This document shows, one piece after another, positions 1-15,311 of a stretch of DNA of 64,000 nucleotides. A program made the translations under genes and the position numbers. How positions within the stretch are numbered: position 1 is the stretch's first letter; every line of letters begins with the position of its first letter. Source of the stretch: the human T2T-CHM13v2.0 reference genome, Homo sapiens; NCBI RefSeq assembly GCF_009914755.1, contig NC_060935.1; one strand, written 5' to 3'. Below the pieces are notes generated by a model. The model was given only the letters and a program-made list of their open reading frames with translations, did no database searches and was not told where the DNA came from.

Positions 1-2407
1 CTTAAAACATATACAAACAAAATGAAACTATATAATTTTTAAAAATTTATGCATAGCTAAGAACATAAATAACATTCATCAGAGGGACTACCCATTGGGT
101 AGAGATTAGAAGTAAAAAGATGACATGGAGAACAGAATAATAATGTGAAATTAAAGGAGCAGTCTTTTGCATACAAATAATGATTTGTATGCACCCTGTG
201 AAATGATGAATATGATTTAATCAACTCTATGAACTGATAAAAAATAAATTACATTATTTTGGAAGCAGAGAAGGAGGAGAAACTTGTTGTACGTAAGAAA
301 AATGGGTTGTAAATGCCTCACAGAGGCAAGAACAAACAACTAAGCTGAGTCTTCAAAGAGAAGTAGGATTATTTATACTGGGTGGAGAATGTGGGAAGAA
401 AATTGTTTCAAGGTTATGAAACCTTGTATTCAAGGGCATAGCCAAGAAGGAGATCATCATGTGCAGGGAACTGCAGGTAGAGTGGTGAGTATAGACTGTA
501 CGATTTGGTGGATTGGTTGGGGAGAAAGGAGTCACAAGGCTGGTGTCAAGGCCAGAGTGATAGATTGGGTCCAAACCGTGAAGCTCTTGCATGCCCTGTT
601 AGAAAGCTACTAGAAACCTATAGAGGTGGGAATGAAGGGTAGACTGACCCTTGGTGGCTTGTGAAAGCCACATGAAGAATTTCCCAGCTGTCACAAAGTA
701 GCCAAGCTGTCAAGATTCCAGAACTGGAGCAGAGTAAAGCAGTTAACTAAAATGAGGCTTCTGTGAAGAATGTCCCTGTCACTCTGTCTGGGGTGGCATC
801 TGCTGTAACTAGAGATTAGCAAGTCAGCAGACACTTTGATTGTCAAATGATTTATGTCAGCCATCATGTGTTGGAGTGGCAGCCACACATCTGTCATCAG
901 GACAATGTTGTACAAAAGCGATTTTAATTGCCTCCGGATTATAAATAAAATGAGCACAGCATCACAGAGATAAATTATGGGATCACTGCTAATTTGCTAG
1001 ATTGTGTTATGAAGGACAAAGTAAACCCCCAATGGGCTTGTGGGGGAAAAGTTATTTTACTTATGGGAGGTGCAGGCAGGAGTGTTTTAATAACAAAAGG
1101 CAACATTCGTCCTATGACAAGAGCCTGGATTCAGAAAATGTCAGGCTGACGTATTCTATTTTCTGTCCTGTATTTAATCAACTGTAGAAGATATTGATGG
1201 AAGAAGCAGGCTGTAAGAAAAGGACTTGTGAATGTCAAAAGTTAAAAGAAATATTTGCATCTAGGTAATCTTTTCAAATTTGCTATGCATAGTGGCCAGA
1301 ATTTAATGTCTTCGTACCTACTTTTCACTTGCCTTTCTCTAACATTTCCCTCCCCTCCATTCCCTACCGCCTATGCCCTCATGTTAATGCTTACATTTCT
1401 CTTCCTCACTTGTGTCTCTCACCTGTCACTGCAGAATGAATCCTCCTGAAGCACAACTAGGGTTACTCCAGCCCCTTGCTTAGAAACTCCTCTAGGCTGA
1501 CCACTGCCTGCAAAATCCAGTTCTTATTCTTTTTGTGGTCAGAGTCCTTCATGATACCCATTCATTGATTCAGTAGTTATTGAATACCTTCCACATGCCA
1601 GACACTGTTCTGGACACTTTTAGAGCATATCAGTGAACAAAACCTTACAAATACCCCTGCCTTCATGAATTTTACATTCTAAGGAACCCCTAAACTTAAC
1701 ACTTCAAACCAAATTTCCATCAGACAGCTAAGCAAACACAAACGAGGTTACTCATAGACCGACAAGCTCAATCTCTACTTTGGCTTGACTTTTTAATTTA
1801 CATATTTAATAAGTACTATTTTTCTATTAAACGTCTTTTACATTGATGTGTATAAGCCATCCAATTCCTTTGGCTCTCAGTTCCTCAATCTTTTCTTCAA
1901 AGATCCCTTCCACCTCTTCACCTCAGCCACCATGGTCATTCATTTGACATCCCACCAAAAACAGCACGAACTCTTAACTCTTTATTCCAAGATTCCTGCC
2001 TCTGATGACCACTTCCTGATCTTCCAGCTCTCCTCTGTCAGTGCTCAGCTGCCATAATTCCCTGACACCATCAACACTTCTAAGAGACACCTTCTCACTC
2101 ACTATCAGTCCCCATTACCATGTCCTCGCTGAACTCCTTACTCAGATTTAAGGCCAAATTATTACATTTTTAACATCATATGTCCATGTCACTATCTCCC
2201 CACGCATATATTTTTGTCATTATATCCTTGAGACCCACGACAGTAAACATGCAATAATCACAACTCATATTTATTGAGTACTCACACTATACCAGGTTCT
2301 GATCTAAAATGCTTTAATATGTGAGCCAATTTAATCCTTATAGCAACTTTATTTTCTTCCCTTTTAAGGATGTGAAAACTACTATTTTGCAAGTTTCAAT
2401 TATTTTA

Positions 2408-3523
2408 TTTTTGATTATTTCAAATTTTATTTTAGATACAGGGGTACAGATGCATGTTGGTTACATGGGGATGTTACATAATGCTAAGATTTGGAGTATG
2501 GATTTCAACACCCAGGTAGTGAACATAGTACCCAATGTGTCATTTTTAAACCCATTCTCCCACCCTCTAGTAGTCTACAGTGTCTATTTTTCCCACCTTT
2601 ATGTCCGTGTGTGCTCAGTGTTTAGCTCCCACTTATAAGTAAGAACATGCAATATTTGGTTTTCTGTTTCTGTGTTCATTTGCTCAGGATTATGACCTTC
2701 AGCTCCATCCATGTTGCTGCGAAGGACATGATTTCTTTCTATTTTATGGTTGCATGGTATTCCATGGTGTATATGTACCACATTTTCTTTATCCGATCTA
2801 CCATTGATGGGCACCTAGGTTGATTCCATGTCTTTGCCATCAGGAATAGCACAGCCGTAAAAATACAAGGGCGTGTGTCTTTTTGTAGAATGATTTTTTG
2901 CGGGGGTATACATCCAATAATAGGATTGCTGGTTTTAATGGTAGTTCTGTTTTAAGTTATTTGAGAAATCTCCAAACTGCTTTCCACAGAGGCTGAACTA
3001 ATTTACATTCCAACCAACAGTGTATAAGCGTTCTCTTTTCTCTGCAGCCTTGCCAGCATCTGTTGTTTTTTGACTTTTACATAATAGCCATTATAACCCG
3101 TGTGAGGTCGTATCTCACTGTGGTTCTGATTTGCATTTTTCTGATGATTAGTAATGTTGAGCATTTTTTCATGTGTGTTGGCCACTTGTATGTCTTCTTT
3201 TGAAAAGTGTCTGTTCATGTCCTTTGTCCATTTTTAATGGAGTTATTTATTTTTTGCTTGTTGATTTCAGTTCCTTATAGATTCTAGATATTAGGTTTTT
3301 GTCAGATGCATAGTTTGCAAATATGCTCTTCCATTCCGTAGGTTGCCTGTTTGCTCTGTTGATAGTTTCTCTTGCTGTGCAGAAGTTCTTTAGTTTAATT
3401 AGTTCCCACTAATCTATCAAACTATAAAAATCCTGGAAGACAACCTAGGAAATACTCTTCTTGAACTCAGCCTTGGCAAAGGATTTCTGGATAAGTCCCC
3501 AAAAGCGATTGCAACAAAATCAA
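2408..3523 (-). mobile_element. L1 3' fragment (L1PA15-17-like) with 5' inversion, inserted into a MIR
   Basis: Minus-strand L1 3'UTR and ORF2 end at 2408-3410 (ORF 3003..3218 [14 protein letters not shown]). Plus-strand ORF2 piece at about 3417-3523 (TIKILEDNLGNT...KAIATKS). Near-perfect TSD tcaattatttta 2396-2407 / tcaattctttta 3520-3531. MIR-like halves at about 2260-2380 and 3590-3710. Confidence 0.9.
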
Positions 3524-4144
3524 TTCTTTTAAGAGCTAACATATAATTATAATAAATATCCTTGATTTATGAAATCTAATGTTAATAAGAGGCCCTAAGA
3601 GCTTAAGAAAGCTACTCAGGTTCACACACCTTCCACGTAATAGAACAACTATTCAAAATTCAAACACAGAAGTCCTGGTTCTAGATCTCATTTACTTAAC
3701 CACTACACTATCCTGGAACACAGTAAGTACTCAATAAATATTTGTAAAATGGAAGAACAAATGGTTCCTCTACTTATAAGTCATGCATTCCATGTGATTC
3801 TTGAAACTCTTCCACTCTATCATGACTCAGCTTGACTATTACTTCCTTCTGGAAAACTTCTTGCTAAGTCTTTCTCCTTCACCAGTTCAATTAGAAGCAA
3901 AAAGAAAATCTGCTAGCTGTCCTATATAAATCTTGAAAACAACCTTATGAGGTAGAAATTATGTTTACTTTACAGATGATAATAACAATAATTGTAATAA
4001 TAGGCATTTTTGAGACCCTACTATATTCCAGGACGTTTAAAAGAGATACAGATCTACTGTCTCATTTAATACTCATAACATCCTCATGAAATAGGTTATA
4101 TTATTATCCTCATTTTATACATGAGGAAACAGAAAATTAAGTAG

Positions 4145-4502
<358 letters not shown>

Positions 4503-7138
4503 TAAACAAGTAAGTTACAAATAAAATTATAGCTGCTCAGTAAATGTACAGTGAATATAACTCAATCCCAATGTAACTAGAAACCACATACTTTTAGGAA
4601 CAATCTTACTCACTATTATTGTGTTAGTAAATATCAATGTCTCTTGTCCACAACACAATTATCCTTTAACTTCTGCCTAAATGCAATAGGGTTGTCACCA
4701 AAATCAACATGAGATGAAATTATCTCTTTTGAGTTTACTCTGGTTCTTTCTGTGTCTAGCCCAGGCCGCAGACACACTGGCTTGGATGTGACTAGATCAC
4801 AACTCAGCAGCTAAAAAGTACAGCCAAGGACTGGTTCAAAGGAGACCTATCTTTCTGTGAGTGGACTGCAATGGCAAACACCATACTGATTTGGCAAATG
4901 GATTCTTAGAATTTTAGGATTCCTATAGGATGGTATACTAGGCAGAACAGTGCCCATGGAGTCAGAAACCTAGGATTCAAATTCTAGCTCTGTTATATCT
5001 CTTCAGACAAATTCAGTAACCTCATTCTTTTTCCTCATCTGAAAAATGAAACAAATTATGTCCACTAGATAGAGTTATTTTTAGGACTACTTGAGCTTAA
5101 TATCCATGGCAGCAACTTCATAAACTATGAAACACAATAACTATTAGACTACTTGATATTGGCTTCAAAATTCCAGTCCACCCAAAAACATGCCTAGTCA
5201 CCAATCCACCAAAGCCTAAAATTTCATTCCTGAATCTATCTAGTTATCAGGGAACCAGGTTTCTTCTTTACTTCTGTTTTACCATCTTTACCAAATGGAT
5301 TCCATCCTCAAAGTCATGATATCGCCGTAAAAGGTATGCCATCATGTCTGCATTCCAGCCAATAAGAATAATAAAAACAAAAGAAAAAGGGGAGGATATT
5401 TCTCCCTGCTAAATCAATCTTATTTAAAGTATTTCCTGAAAAACCCTCAAAAAAATAGAGTCATCTGTTGTGCCCACTGCTACCATGGAAAAGTTGAAGT
5501 TTTATAACTAGGGTAGAAAAAAATTGGTTACTGATAATCAAGTAACATTCTTTGTTATAACTTATATTAAGTTTTAATTTTACAAAATAATCTAAAGTTA
5601 ATTTACCAATTTTATTTTCCTAAAAATTTTACCAAGTAATCAGAATAAGAATTATTATTCACATTTTATAGATAGAAAAACTAAGGGCTGTGCTATACAG
5701 TGTTTCAGAATATGCTTTTAAAAAACATGTTATTGTAAAATATGACACATACAAATAAAAGTCCACTTAAAAACTAAAGCTCAATGATTTACTGAATGAA
5801 AAAAAAATGTAATGACCATCCTAAGTTAAAAACAAACAAACGAACCTTGCCAGTACTCCAGAAAATCTCTATGTTCTCTCATCTCCCCAAAGGCAATAAT
5901 TAGTCATTTTAATTTTAATTACTTTCTTAGTTTCATAGCTATTTTTCCCACTAAATATAGAACGTATAAAAGTATAAATGTTATCTACCAGAATGACTGA
6001 GGATCCCAGGATGGAATGTAGACTGTGAAGAAGAATTTAACTGTACTAACAATGTAAAACTGAAGTAAGCGGGAGAGGGGTGGAGGAATTAAGTAACTTT
6101 TGAAAACAATGTTTTCACTGGAAAGAATAAGGCTAAATAAAACTATACATAAACACCTTACTTTCACTGATAAATGTGTTTCTCATCAGGGTGTGGGTTA
6201 GCAGTTCTGAAACTACATGTGTTCTAGGATTCAACACGTAACTAAGTCATTTGTCAATAAGACCAAAGTTTTTCACTGTCAGAGAAAGAAGTTATAAATA
6301 AACAAGTGGGGAAGGCTAGAAAGGACTCTGGTGTGCCAGATTAAAGGCCGAGATATCAGCATGAACACATATTCATTTAGATAGATAGGAGGCTAGATAG
6401 GAAGACAGATAGGAAAATGATAGATAGATGGATAGATAGCGATAAATATGTACGTATACATGAGTTAGTATACAGACATATATTGACTGTCTTTGTCCAC
6501 TAAGAGAGCTGAGAATCAGTAACACCCCAGTTGCAAAAAATACACATAGTACCCAGATCTTTACATCTAAATACTATTATTCAATGAAAGAAACCAGAGA
6601 TCCTTGGAGAAATGACTGATTATAGGGCTAGGATAAGTAGTGAAAAAAGATGAGCCTGGAGCATTGTGTAATGTCAGAAAATAAGTTAGTGCTCAAAATG
6701 AGAGAGAAAAAAAAAGACTCCTCAAAAAGTTTGAGAAGCCAACCTGAAAGTTCCCAGTGACCACATCTGGAACAATTTTGTCAACAAGGTAAATAATGAT
6801 ACTATTGGATTATAAGCTAAAAATAAATATCCATGAGCCTATATTAATATAAATAAATTATTGAATAAATAAATGGAGGAGAAACAAATCTTCCTCACAA
6901 AAGAATTACAAATAATAAATACAGAAAAGAATAAGTGAAATAAAAATTACCAATAAAACACCACACAATAATAATTGTGGCATAAAAGATATGCTAATGA
7001 ATGTTAAAATTCGTGGGCAAAACTTTTTAAGGAGCAACAGGATATTTCTATCGCCTCAAAATATCTCTTCCAAAATATTTTGGTTACTGTGGTAGTTTTA
7101 ACTCATGTCCACAAACTCCTTCTAGGAAGTAAAGTTTA

Positions 7139-7434
<296 letters not shown>

Positions 7435-7746
7435 TTAACCAAGTGATCAAGGATAACATCACCAGTAATAAGTCTTGTTAATATTATCGCCCTCATCCCC
7501 TGCTGTGATTCAATGAGTGTTCCCCAGCTATGACACTCTACTCTGTGGTGTTCTTCCCAAAAGTCTATAACACAAGTCTAATTAAGAAAAAGTAGACAAA
7601 CTCAATTTTAGGCAAATTCTACAGTATAACAGGCCAATTCTCTTCAAAAATACCAGTCATGATAAACACAGACAGACTGAGGAAACATGATGACTAAATG
7701 TATCCTGGAACAGAAAATGAACATTAGTTCAAACACACAGGTGAAA

Positions 7747-7981
7747 CAGAGTAGAATGGTGTTTAGCAGAAGTTAGGGAGCGTGAGGTGGGAATAGGGAG
7801 GTGTTGATTAAAGGATATAAGGTTTCCATTAGACAGAAGGAATAAATGAAAAGTATTTGAGGTGATATGCTAATTACCTTGATTTCAATCATTCCACATT
7901 GTGTACATATATGGTAATATCACTTTGTACCCTGTAAATATATGCGATTATAATTTGTCAACATTAAATAAAATTTTTAAA
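7747..7981 (+). mobile_element. Short L1MA 3' end
   Basis: L1MA-type 3'UTR ending in aataaaa. TSD acacaggtgaaa 7735-7746 / 7982-7993. Confidence 0.85.
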
Positions 7982-9869
7982 ACACAGGTGAAATCTGAAG
8001 AGAGTCTATAGTTCAGTTTATGGTATTAGACCAATGTTAATTTCTTAGTTTTGATAAATGTACTATGGCTATATAACATGTTAACATGAAGGGAACCTAG
8101 AAGAAGGGAACCTTTGCCACTCCTCTGAAAATCTAAAATTATTTCACAATAATTTTTTTAAATTTTTAGGCAATTTGTTTTCTAAACTTTGTGTAAATGG
8201 AATGAAATCATATATATTATTGGTTCCCTGAGTTCTTTCAACACATAATTATTTTTGTGAAATATACTCATATTGTTCACTAACTTTTGATGTTGCAGAG
8301 CGTTACATAATGTCAATATATCATAATTATTTTTAATGGAAATTTGGGTTATTCCCAGTTTGTTATTAAGAATACTCATATAAATATTTATGTAGATGTC
8401 TTTCAGTGCCCAAATGCACACATTTCTGCTTATTATACACTTGAGAGAATTGTTTGATTCCAGATAAGGCCTATGTCCCGCTTATCAGACAATGCCAAAT
8501 AGTTTTCCAAACTGGCTTTACCAAATTACATTCTCGCCAGCAGTGTATGTGAATTTCAACTGAGTCTCACATCTCAAACAACACTTGATACTGCCAGCAT
8601 TTTAACTGTAGTTCATTTTCATCGTGTCAATTTTAATATGTATGATTATTGGCCATTTGTATAGCCTCTTTGCTAAAATGTCTGTTCAGGGCTCCTGACA
8701 ATTTTTCTACTGAATTTGTTTTTACCTTTTTACTTATTAAGTTGCAGATTTTTTTATGTACTCTGAATATGAATCTTTTGCTATAATATGTATTGCAAAA
8801 AGTTCCCTCCATTTTGTGCCTTGTATTTTCATTCTCTTGATGATGCTTTTTAAAATATTTTTCTGGATACATAGCAGTAGATCTTAATTTTAATGCAGTC
8901 CAACCTAACAATCATTGCTTTTGTAATCAGTGATTTTTTAAATAAATTTTTTATCTAACCTAAGATTGTAAAGGTATTTTCTTATGTTCCAGAAGTTTTA
9001 TTGTTTTCATATTTAGATCTACAATCTACCTAAATTTTGTTTATGTCATTAGATAGGTTTCAAATTTCCTTTGTTTAATATGAATATTCACTTGATAATC
9101 AACTTTCATTATTATACCACTCTGCAATATTATTTTTATTCAAAACCAAGTGTCCATGTAAGTATGGATTTGTTCCTGGGGTTCTTAATACTATCCTCTT
9201 GGTCTTGTTCTCTGTTTCTAGGCCTACATCAAACTGTAGCTCTATAACAAGGCTCAACATTTGGTAGAAAAAGCCTTCCTACCTCGTTCTTCCATAAGAG
9301 TGTCTCAATTCTTCTTGATCCTTTGCATTTATATATAAATTTCAGGTTTAGTTTTCCAAATTACACCAAAAAATTTTTTAGAATTTTGATTCAGATTGTA
9401 TCAAATCTATATAGATCAATTCAAGGATAATTGGCAATACTTAGACTGATTTCATTTATTAATATTAATGTCATTTTAGTTTAACTTGCTAATATTTGGC
9501 AGTTTTTATTAAAAGGTGTTGTACGTCATTTTTAAATATATTCTTATATACATATTTTTGATAGTACTCTAAGTTGAATCTTTTTATAAACTTTGTTTTC
9601 TAACATTTTATCAGTAGCACATACAAACAAAATAGTCATATTTTATCTTTTCATATTAGTCATATTATCAGCAAGGCTAATCATTTAATTCCAGTAATTT
9701 ATCTGTATTTTTTATTTCCTATTTACTCAATCTAATCATCTGAAAATAAAGGCAATTCTTTATTATTTAACAATGATTCTTCTGTCTTTCCAAACTTCAT
9801 AACTTTTATTCATCTTGTCTTACTGCAAAGGCCAGGATCTCCAATACAATATCAAATAGAAGTAGTGAT

Positions 9870-10264
9870 TGGGTTACTAGGTCTGTTCCTGTTTCTATGA
9901 CAGAATACCACAGATTGAGTAATTTACATAAGACAATATTTCTCACAGTTCTGGAGACTGAAAGTTCAAGATCAAGGTGCCAGCAGGTTTGGTGTTTGGT
10001 GAGGACCCCGTCTTCTAGGACCCAAGAAGGTGCCTTGTTGTTGTGTCCCCTAGAGGGAACAAACACTGTGTCCTCACATGATGGAAGGGCAAAAATGTCC
10101 CATCTAATCCCCCCTGGCCCTTTTATAAGGTCATGAATCCCATTCATGAGGGTAGAGCCCTTATGACCTAATCCTTACCAGAAAGCCACATCTCAATACT
10201 GTTGCTTCGGGGATTCCGTTTCTACATTAATTTTGGAGGGGATACAAACATTCAAGCCACAGCA
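9870..10264 (-). mobile_element. MaLR solo LTR (MLT1A-like)
   Basis: MLT1/MST motifs ctcacagttctggag...aagatcaaggtgccagcagg and aaacattcaagccacagca terminus. Confidence 0.85.
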
Positions 10265-10375
10265 GTGAGTATCTTGTATTGTTTAAAACAAAAGCTTTCA
10301 ATATTTCACCACTTAGCATGTTTTCTATAAGCTTTTTTAAAGGTACCCCTTGTTAGATTTAAGGAAGTTCCCTCT

Positions 10376-10681
<306 letters not shown>

Positions 10682-10824
10682 GGAAGTTCTCTCTATTAAT
10701 ACTTAATAATTCTCTTTTTAAATATAACTTCCTGTTGAATCTATTTAAACTTTTTCTCCATCTTCTGAGATGATCACACAAACTTCATGTTTTATTTTGT
10801 TAATGGGATTAATTGCATAGATTT

Positions 10825-13250
10825 TTTAACTTTCTATTTTGAATAATTATAGATTCTAATTATAGATTCACAGAAGGTTGCAAGGAAATACCCAGAGATG
10901 TCCTGTATATGCTTGATCCAGGCTTCCCCAATGTTAACAACTTATACAAATCTAGTACATTTCAAAACCAAGAAATTTACATTACGATAAGCTATAGAGC
11001 TTATTCAGATTTCACCAATCTTAGTTGCACTCATTCATGTGTGAACAACTGCAATTTTATCACACAGATATCCTCCTGTAACCACCATCACAATCCTAAT
11101 ACTCAACTAATACTCATCAACACAGGACTCTCTCACATTATCTCTCTGTAGCCCTCCCTATTCCCTCCCCAATACTTAACTCCTAGAAAACATGAATCTA
11201 TTCTCCATACCCATAATTATTCTATTTCATCAATGTTACATTATTTAAAATCATCCAGTTTGTATCCTTTTGGGATTGAACTTTTTCTATTAGGTGAAAT
11301 TCCTTGAGGTTGATCCAAGTTGTTGCATGTATTAATATCAAGTTTGTTCCTTTTTAATTGCTGAGTAGAGTTTCATGGCATGGATACATCACAATTTGTT
11401 TAACCATTCACCCATTACAGGACTTTTGGAGTGTTTCCAATTTGAAGCTATTAAGAATAATGTTTCTGTGAAGACTAATTTATAATTTCTCATGTGAAAA
11501 GTAAGTCTTCATTTCTCCAAGATAAATGCCCAAATACAACTGCTAGGTCATTTTATAAGTCCATTTTTAGTTTTGAAATGAACTGCCAAACTAGTTTTCA
11601 GATGGGTGGCACCATTTTCATTCCTACCAGGGATGCATAAGTGATCCAGTTTCTCACATTTTTGCCAGAATTTGGTATTATCACTATTTTTTTTTCAGTA
11701 ATACTAGTAGGTGGATATCACATTGTAATCTTAATTTGCATTTCTCTAATGGCTAATAATATTGGATATTTTTCTCATGTTTATCATCTATACATCATTT
11801 CAGTGAAATCTCCGTACGTTTTTTGCACATAACTTGATGTTTAATGTTGAGTTTTGAGAGTTCTTTTTGTATTCTAGATTCAAGGCTTTTTTTCAGATAT
11901 GTAATTTGCAAATATTTCTTCGACTCTATAATTTGTTTTTTCATTGTTTTAACAATCAATCTATTTTTCCTCTTATAGATTGTGCTTTTGATGTTAATCT
12001 AAGAACCCTTTACCTACTTCTAGTTCCTGAAAATTTTTTCCCATGGTCTTTTCTAATAGTTTTATAGGTTTAAATTTTATATTTAAGTCTATAATTCATT
12101 TTTAGTTAATTTCTGTATAATGCGTGAGGTTCAGTTTAAGGTTCTCTTTTTCTTTTCCTTTTTTTTTTTTTTTGTCGTTTTTGTTTTTGCAGGGGAGGGG
12201 GTTGGGGAGTGGCTGTTAGATGCCCCATTACCACAGCATCGTATGTTGAAAGTCTTATCCTTTCTCCATTGAATTGTGCGTGTTCATTTGTCAAAAACTA
12301 ATTGAGGACATTTGTATAGATCTATCTTTGAGTTTTCTATTGTGTCCCATTGATCAATGTGTTTATTTCTGTGATGGTACCACAATGTCTTAATTACTAA
12401 AACTATATAGCAAGCCTTATTATTAGGCAAAGTAATTCTTCCCACTTTATTCTTCTTTTCAAAATTGTTTGAGCTATTCTAGGGCCTTTCCATTTACACA
12501 TAAATTTTAGAATAAGCTGTCTATGTCTACAAAAGCACTTGAATTTCTGACAATGTATATTAAAACTAAATATCAATTTAAGAAAAATTGTCATATATAC
12601 TATGTTGAGCCTTTCAATTCATGATTCCCAAATATGTAGGTAATTTTTTTATTTCTTTTATCAGTGTTTCATAATTTTTATCAGATTTTGATCATGTTTT
12701 ATATGAGTTATAACTAAATATTTCATTTTTTAGGGTAATTGTAAATGCTATTTTTTTGGATTCCACTTGTTTGTTGTCAGTATGTAGAAATGCAATTGAT
12801 TTTTATGTATTGGTCTTGTATCCTGTAGTTTTACTGAATTCACTTTCTTGTTACAGGATTTTGTGTGTATGTGTATATTCCTTGAAGTTTTGTACCTTCA
12901 CAAGCATTAGTGTCTGAAAATAAGGACAGTCATATTTTTTCTTTCCAGTTATTTAATTTTTTTTTACCACATTGCAGTGGCTAGACCTTCCAGCACTGTT
13001 AAATATGTGTATAGTGAGAGAGCAACATCTTTGCCTTATTCTTGAGTTTAAGAAGAAAGCATTCAGTTTTTGTCATGTTTAAGTATGACGTCAGCTCTAG
13101 GTAGGTGTCTTCACCAGATTAAATAAGTTCCTCTTTATTTCTAGTGTACCGAGAGTTTTTATCTTGAAAGGATGTTATATTTTGTCAAATGCTTTTTCTG
13201 TGTCAATTGATATATTCATATAATTATTTTGTTTATTTAGTCTGTTGATA
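10825..13250 (-). mobile_element. L1MC-like 3' fragment
   Basis: L1MC-type 3' end (attttgaataattatagattc...ccccaatgttaac). ORF2-like ORF 12403..12594 (LILKFMCKWKGPRIAQTILK). 5' boundary approximate. Confidence 0.7.
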
Positions 13251-13710
13251 AAGTAGACACGTAGATTTTTGAATATTCAAATAAGTTTGCACTTATAAAG
13301 TAAGTTCAACTTAATTATGATACATTATCTTTTTAATATATTGCATAATTCAGTTCCTTACACTTTTTTACAGTTTGGGATTCTATGTCTTCTCTCTCTT
13401 AACTGTCCTGTAGGCTTTCATGTCAACATTATATTGCCTTTATAAACTGAGCTTCAGTGTCATTCTTCTTTTTCTATCTTCTGTGGAAAAAAAAGTTCAA
13501 ACTGTTATTTATTCTTAAATATATTATATATTTTATAGATGAAGGTATCTTCTGTCCAGGATAGTTTTTAAATTATGGATTCAATGTCTTCAGTAATTCT
13601 AAGATGATTGAGATTTTCTATTTCTTTTTGTGTCAAAATTTGTAAGATGTATTTTTTTAGGGCTTTCTCCATTTTATATAAATTTATTAGCATAAAAATT
13701 TGTATTTTGA

Positions 13711-14070
<360 letters not shown>

Positions 14071-14250
14071 TGCTCTTTTATTCTTATCAGTATCACCAGC
14101 AGCTTGTCAATTTTATTGGTCTTATTAAAGGATCAATTTTAGATTCATTGATCTCTCATATGTTCTTTATCTTTTTCTTTAATTTTTGCTCATCCCTTTC
14201 TAATTTATCACACTCTGCTTTTGAAGTTTAATTTGTTATCATTTTTCTAC

Positions 14251-14387
14251 ATTTTATTTTATTTTTTATTTTTGTAGGTACATAAGTGTGTATATCTATG
14301 AGGTGCATCAGACACCCCAATACAAGCATGCAATGCATAATAATCACATAGACATAGAATTTAATGGCAATGACAAAGTGACTATAG
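14251..14387 (-). mobile_element. Very short L1MA 3' end with probable 5' inversion
   Basis: L1MA1-3-type 3' terminus at 14251-14349 plus a plus-oriented 3'UTR piece ending gtgactatagtca. Perfect TSD tcatttttctac 14239-14250 / 14388-14399. Confidence 0.75.
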
Positions 14388-15311
14388 TCATTTTTCTACT
14401 TTTTGAAATGAATACCTATTTTACTGATTTTTGTCTTTTTCTTTGTGTAATAGATTATTTAAGCTATAAATTTCACTCTAGTCATAGTATTATTGGCATC
14501 CCATAATTATTTTTAAAAAGCTTGTGTTGAATTATTGCATACCTATGGAGAACTGCACAAGCACACTTGTCAGTTCTATTTATTTACCAGAGTACATGCA
14601 GTCACATTGCCGCTTCTCCCCAGCAGATTTCTAAAATAATAGTTTACTTTCATGTACATCTGGAATTGGTTAAATAAAACCATATCAATTATTTTGTGTC
14701 TAAATTCTTTAACACCACGTTAAGAATATAAAATTCATCTATATAGTGGTATGTAGCAGTAGTTTGTTTATTCTCATTGCTGTACAGTACATTATTAGGG
14801 AAATATACTACAATTTATTTTTTCATTTTGCTGTTGATGAATACTACTTATTCTCAAGTTTTTGCTATTTAAAAAAAAAACTATTATAAACACTCCTGGT
14901 TAGGTCTTTTGATGCCTACGTGTACAAATTTTTGTTGGGTATATTTGCAAAAAATGTATTTTTTCCTATTTTCTGAAAATAGATATTAACGTCATAAATT
15001 TTCAGTCTTCTTTTCAATTGCATGCATTTAAAGCCATTAATTTCCCTAGTTCATGGCTTCACCTGAAGTGTACAAGTTTTAAGATATCATATTTTATTAT
15101 TATTCAGTTCAAAATATTTTCTTCTTTATCTTATAAATTATTGTTTGACCATGAGTTGTTTAGAAAAAGAGGACTTGATTTGTACTACATATAGTTATTA
15201 ATATTTTCTAGATATTTTTCTATTATTGATTTCTAGATTTTTTCTATTATAGTGGACAAAAATTATGCTCTATGTAATTTCAATCTTTTAAAATGTTAAA
15301 AAATATTTTAC

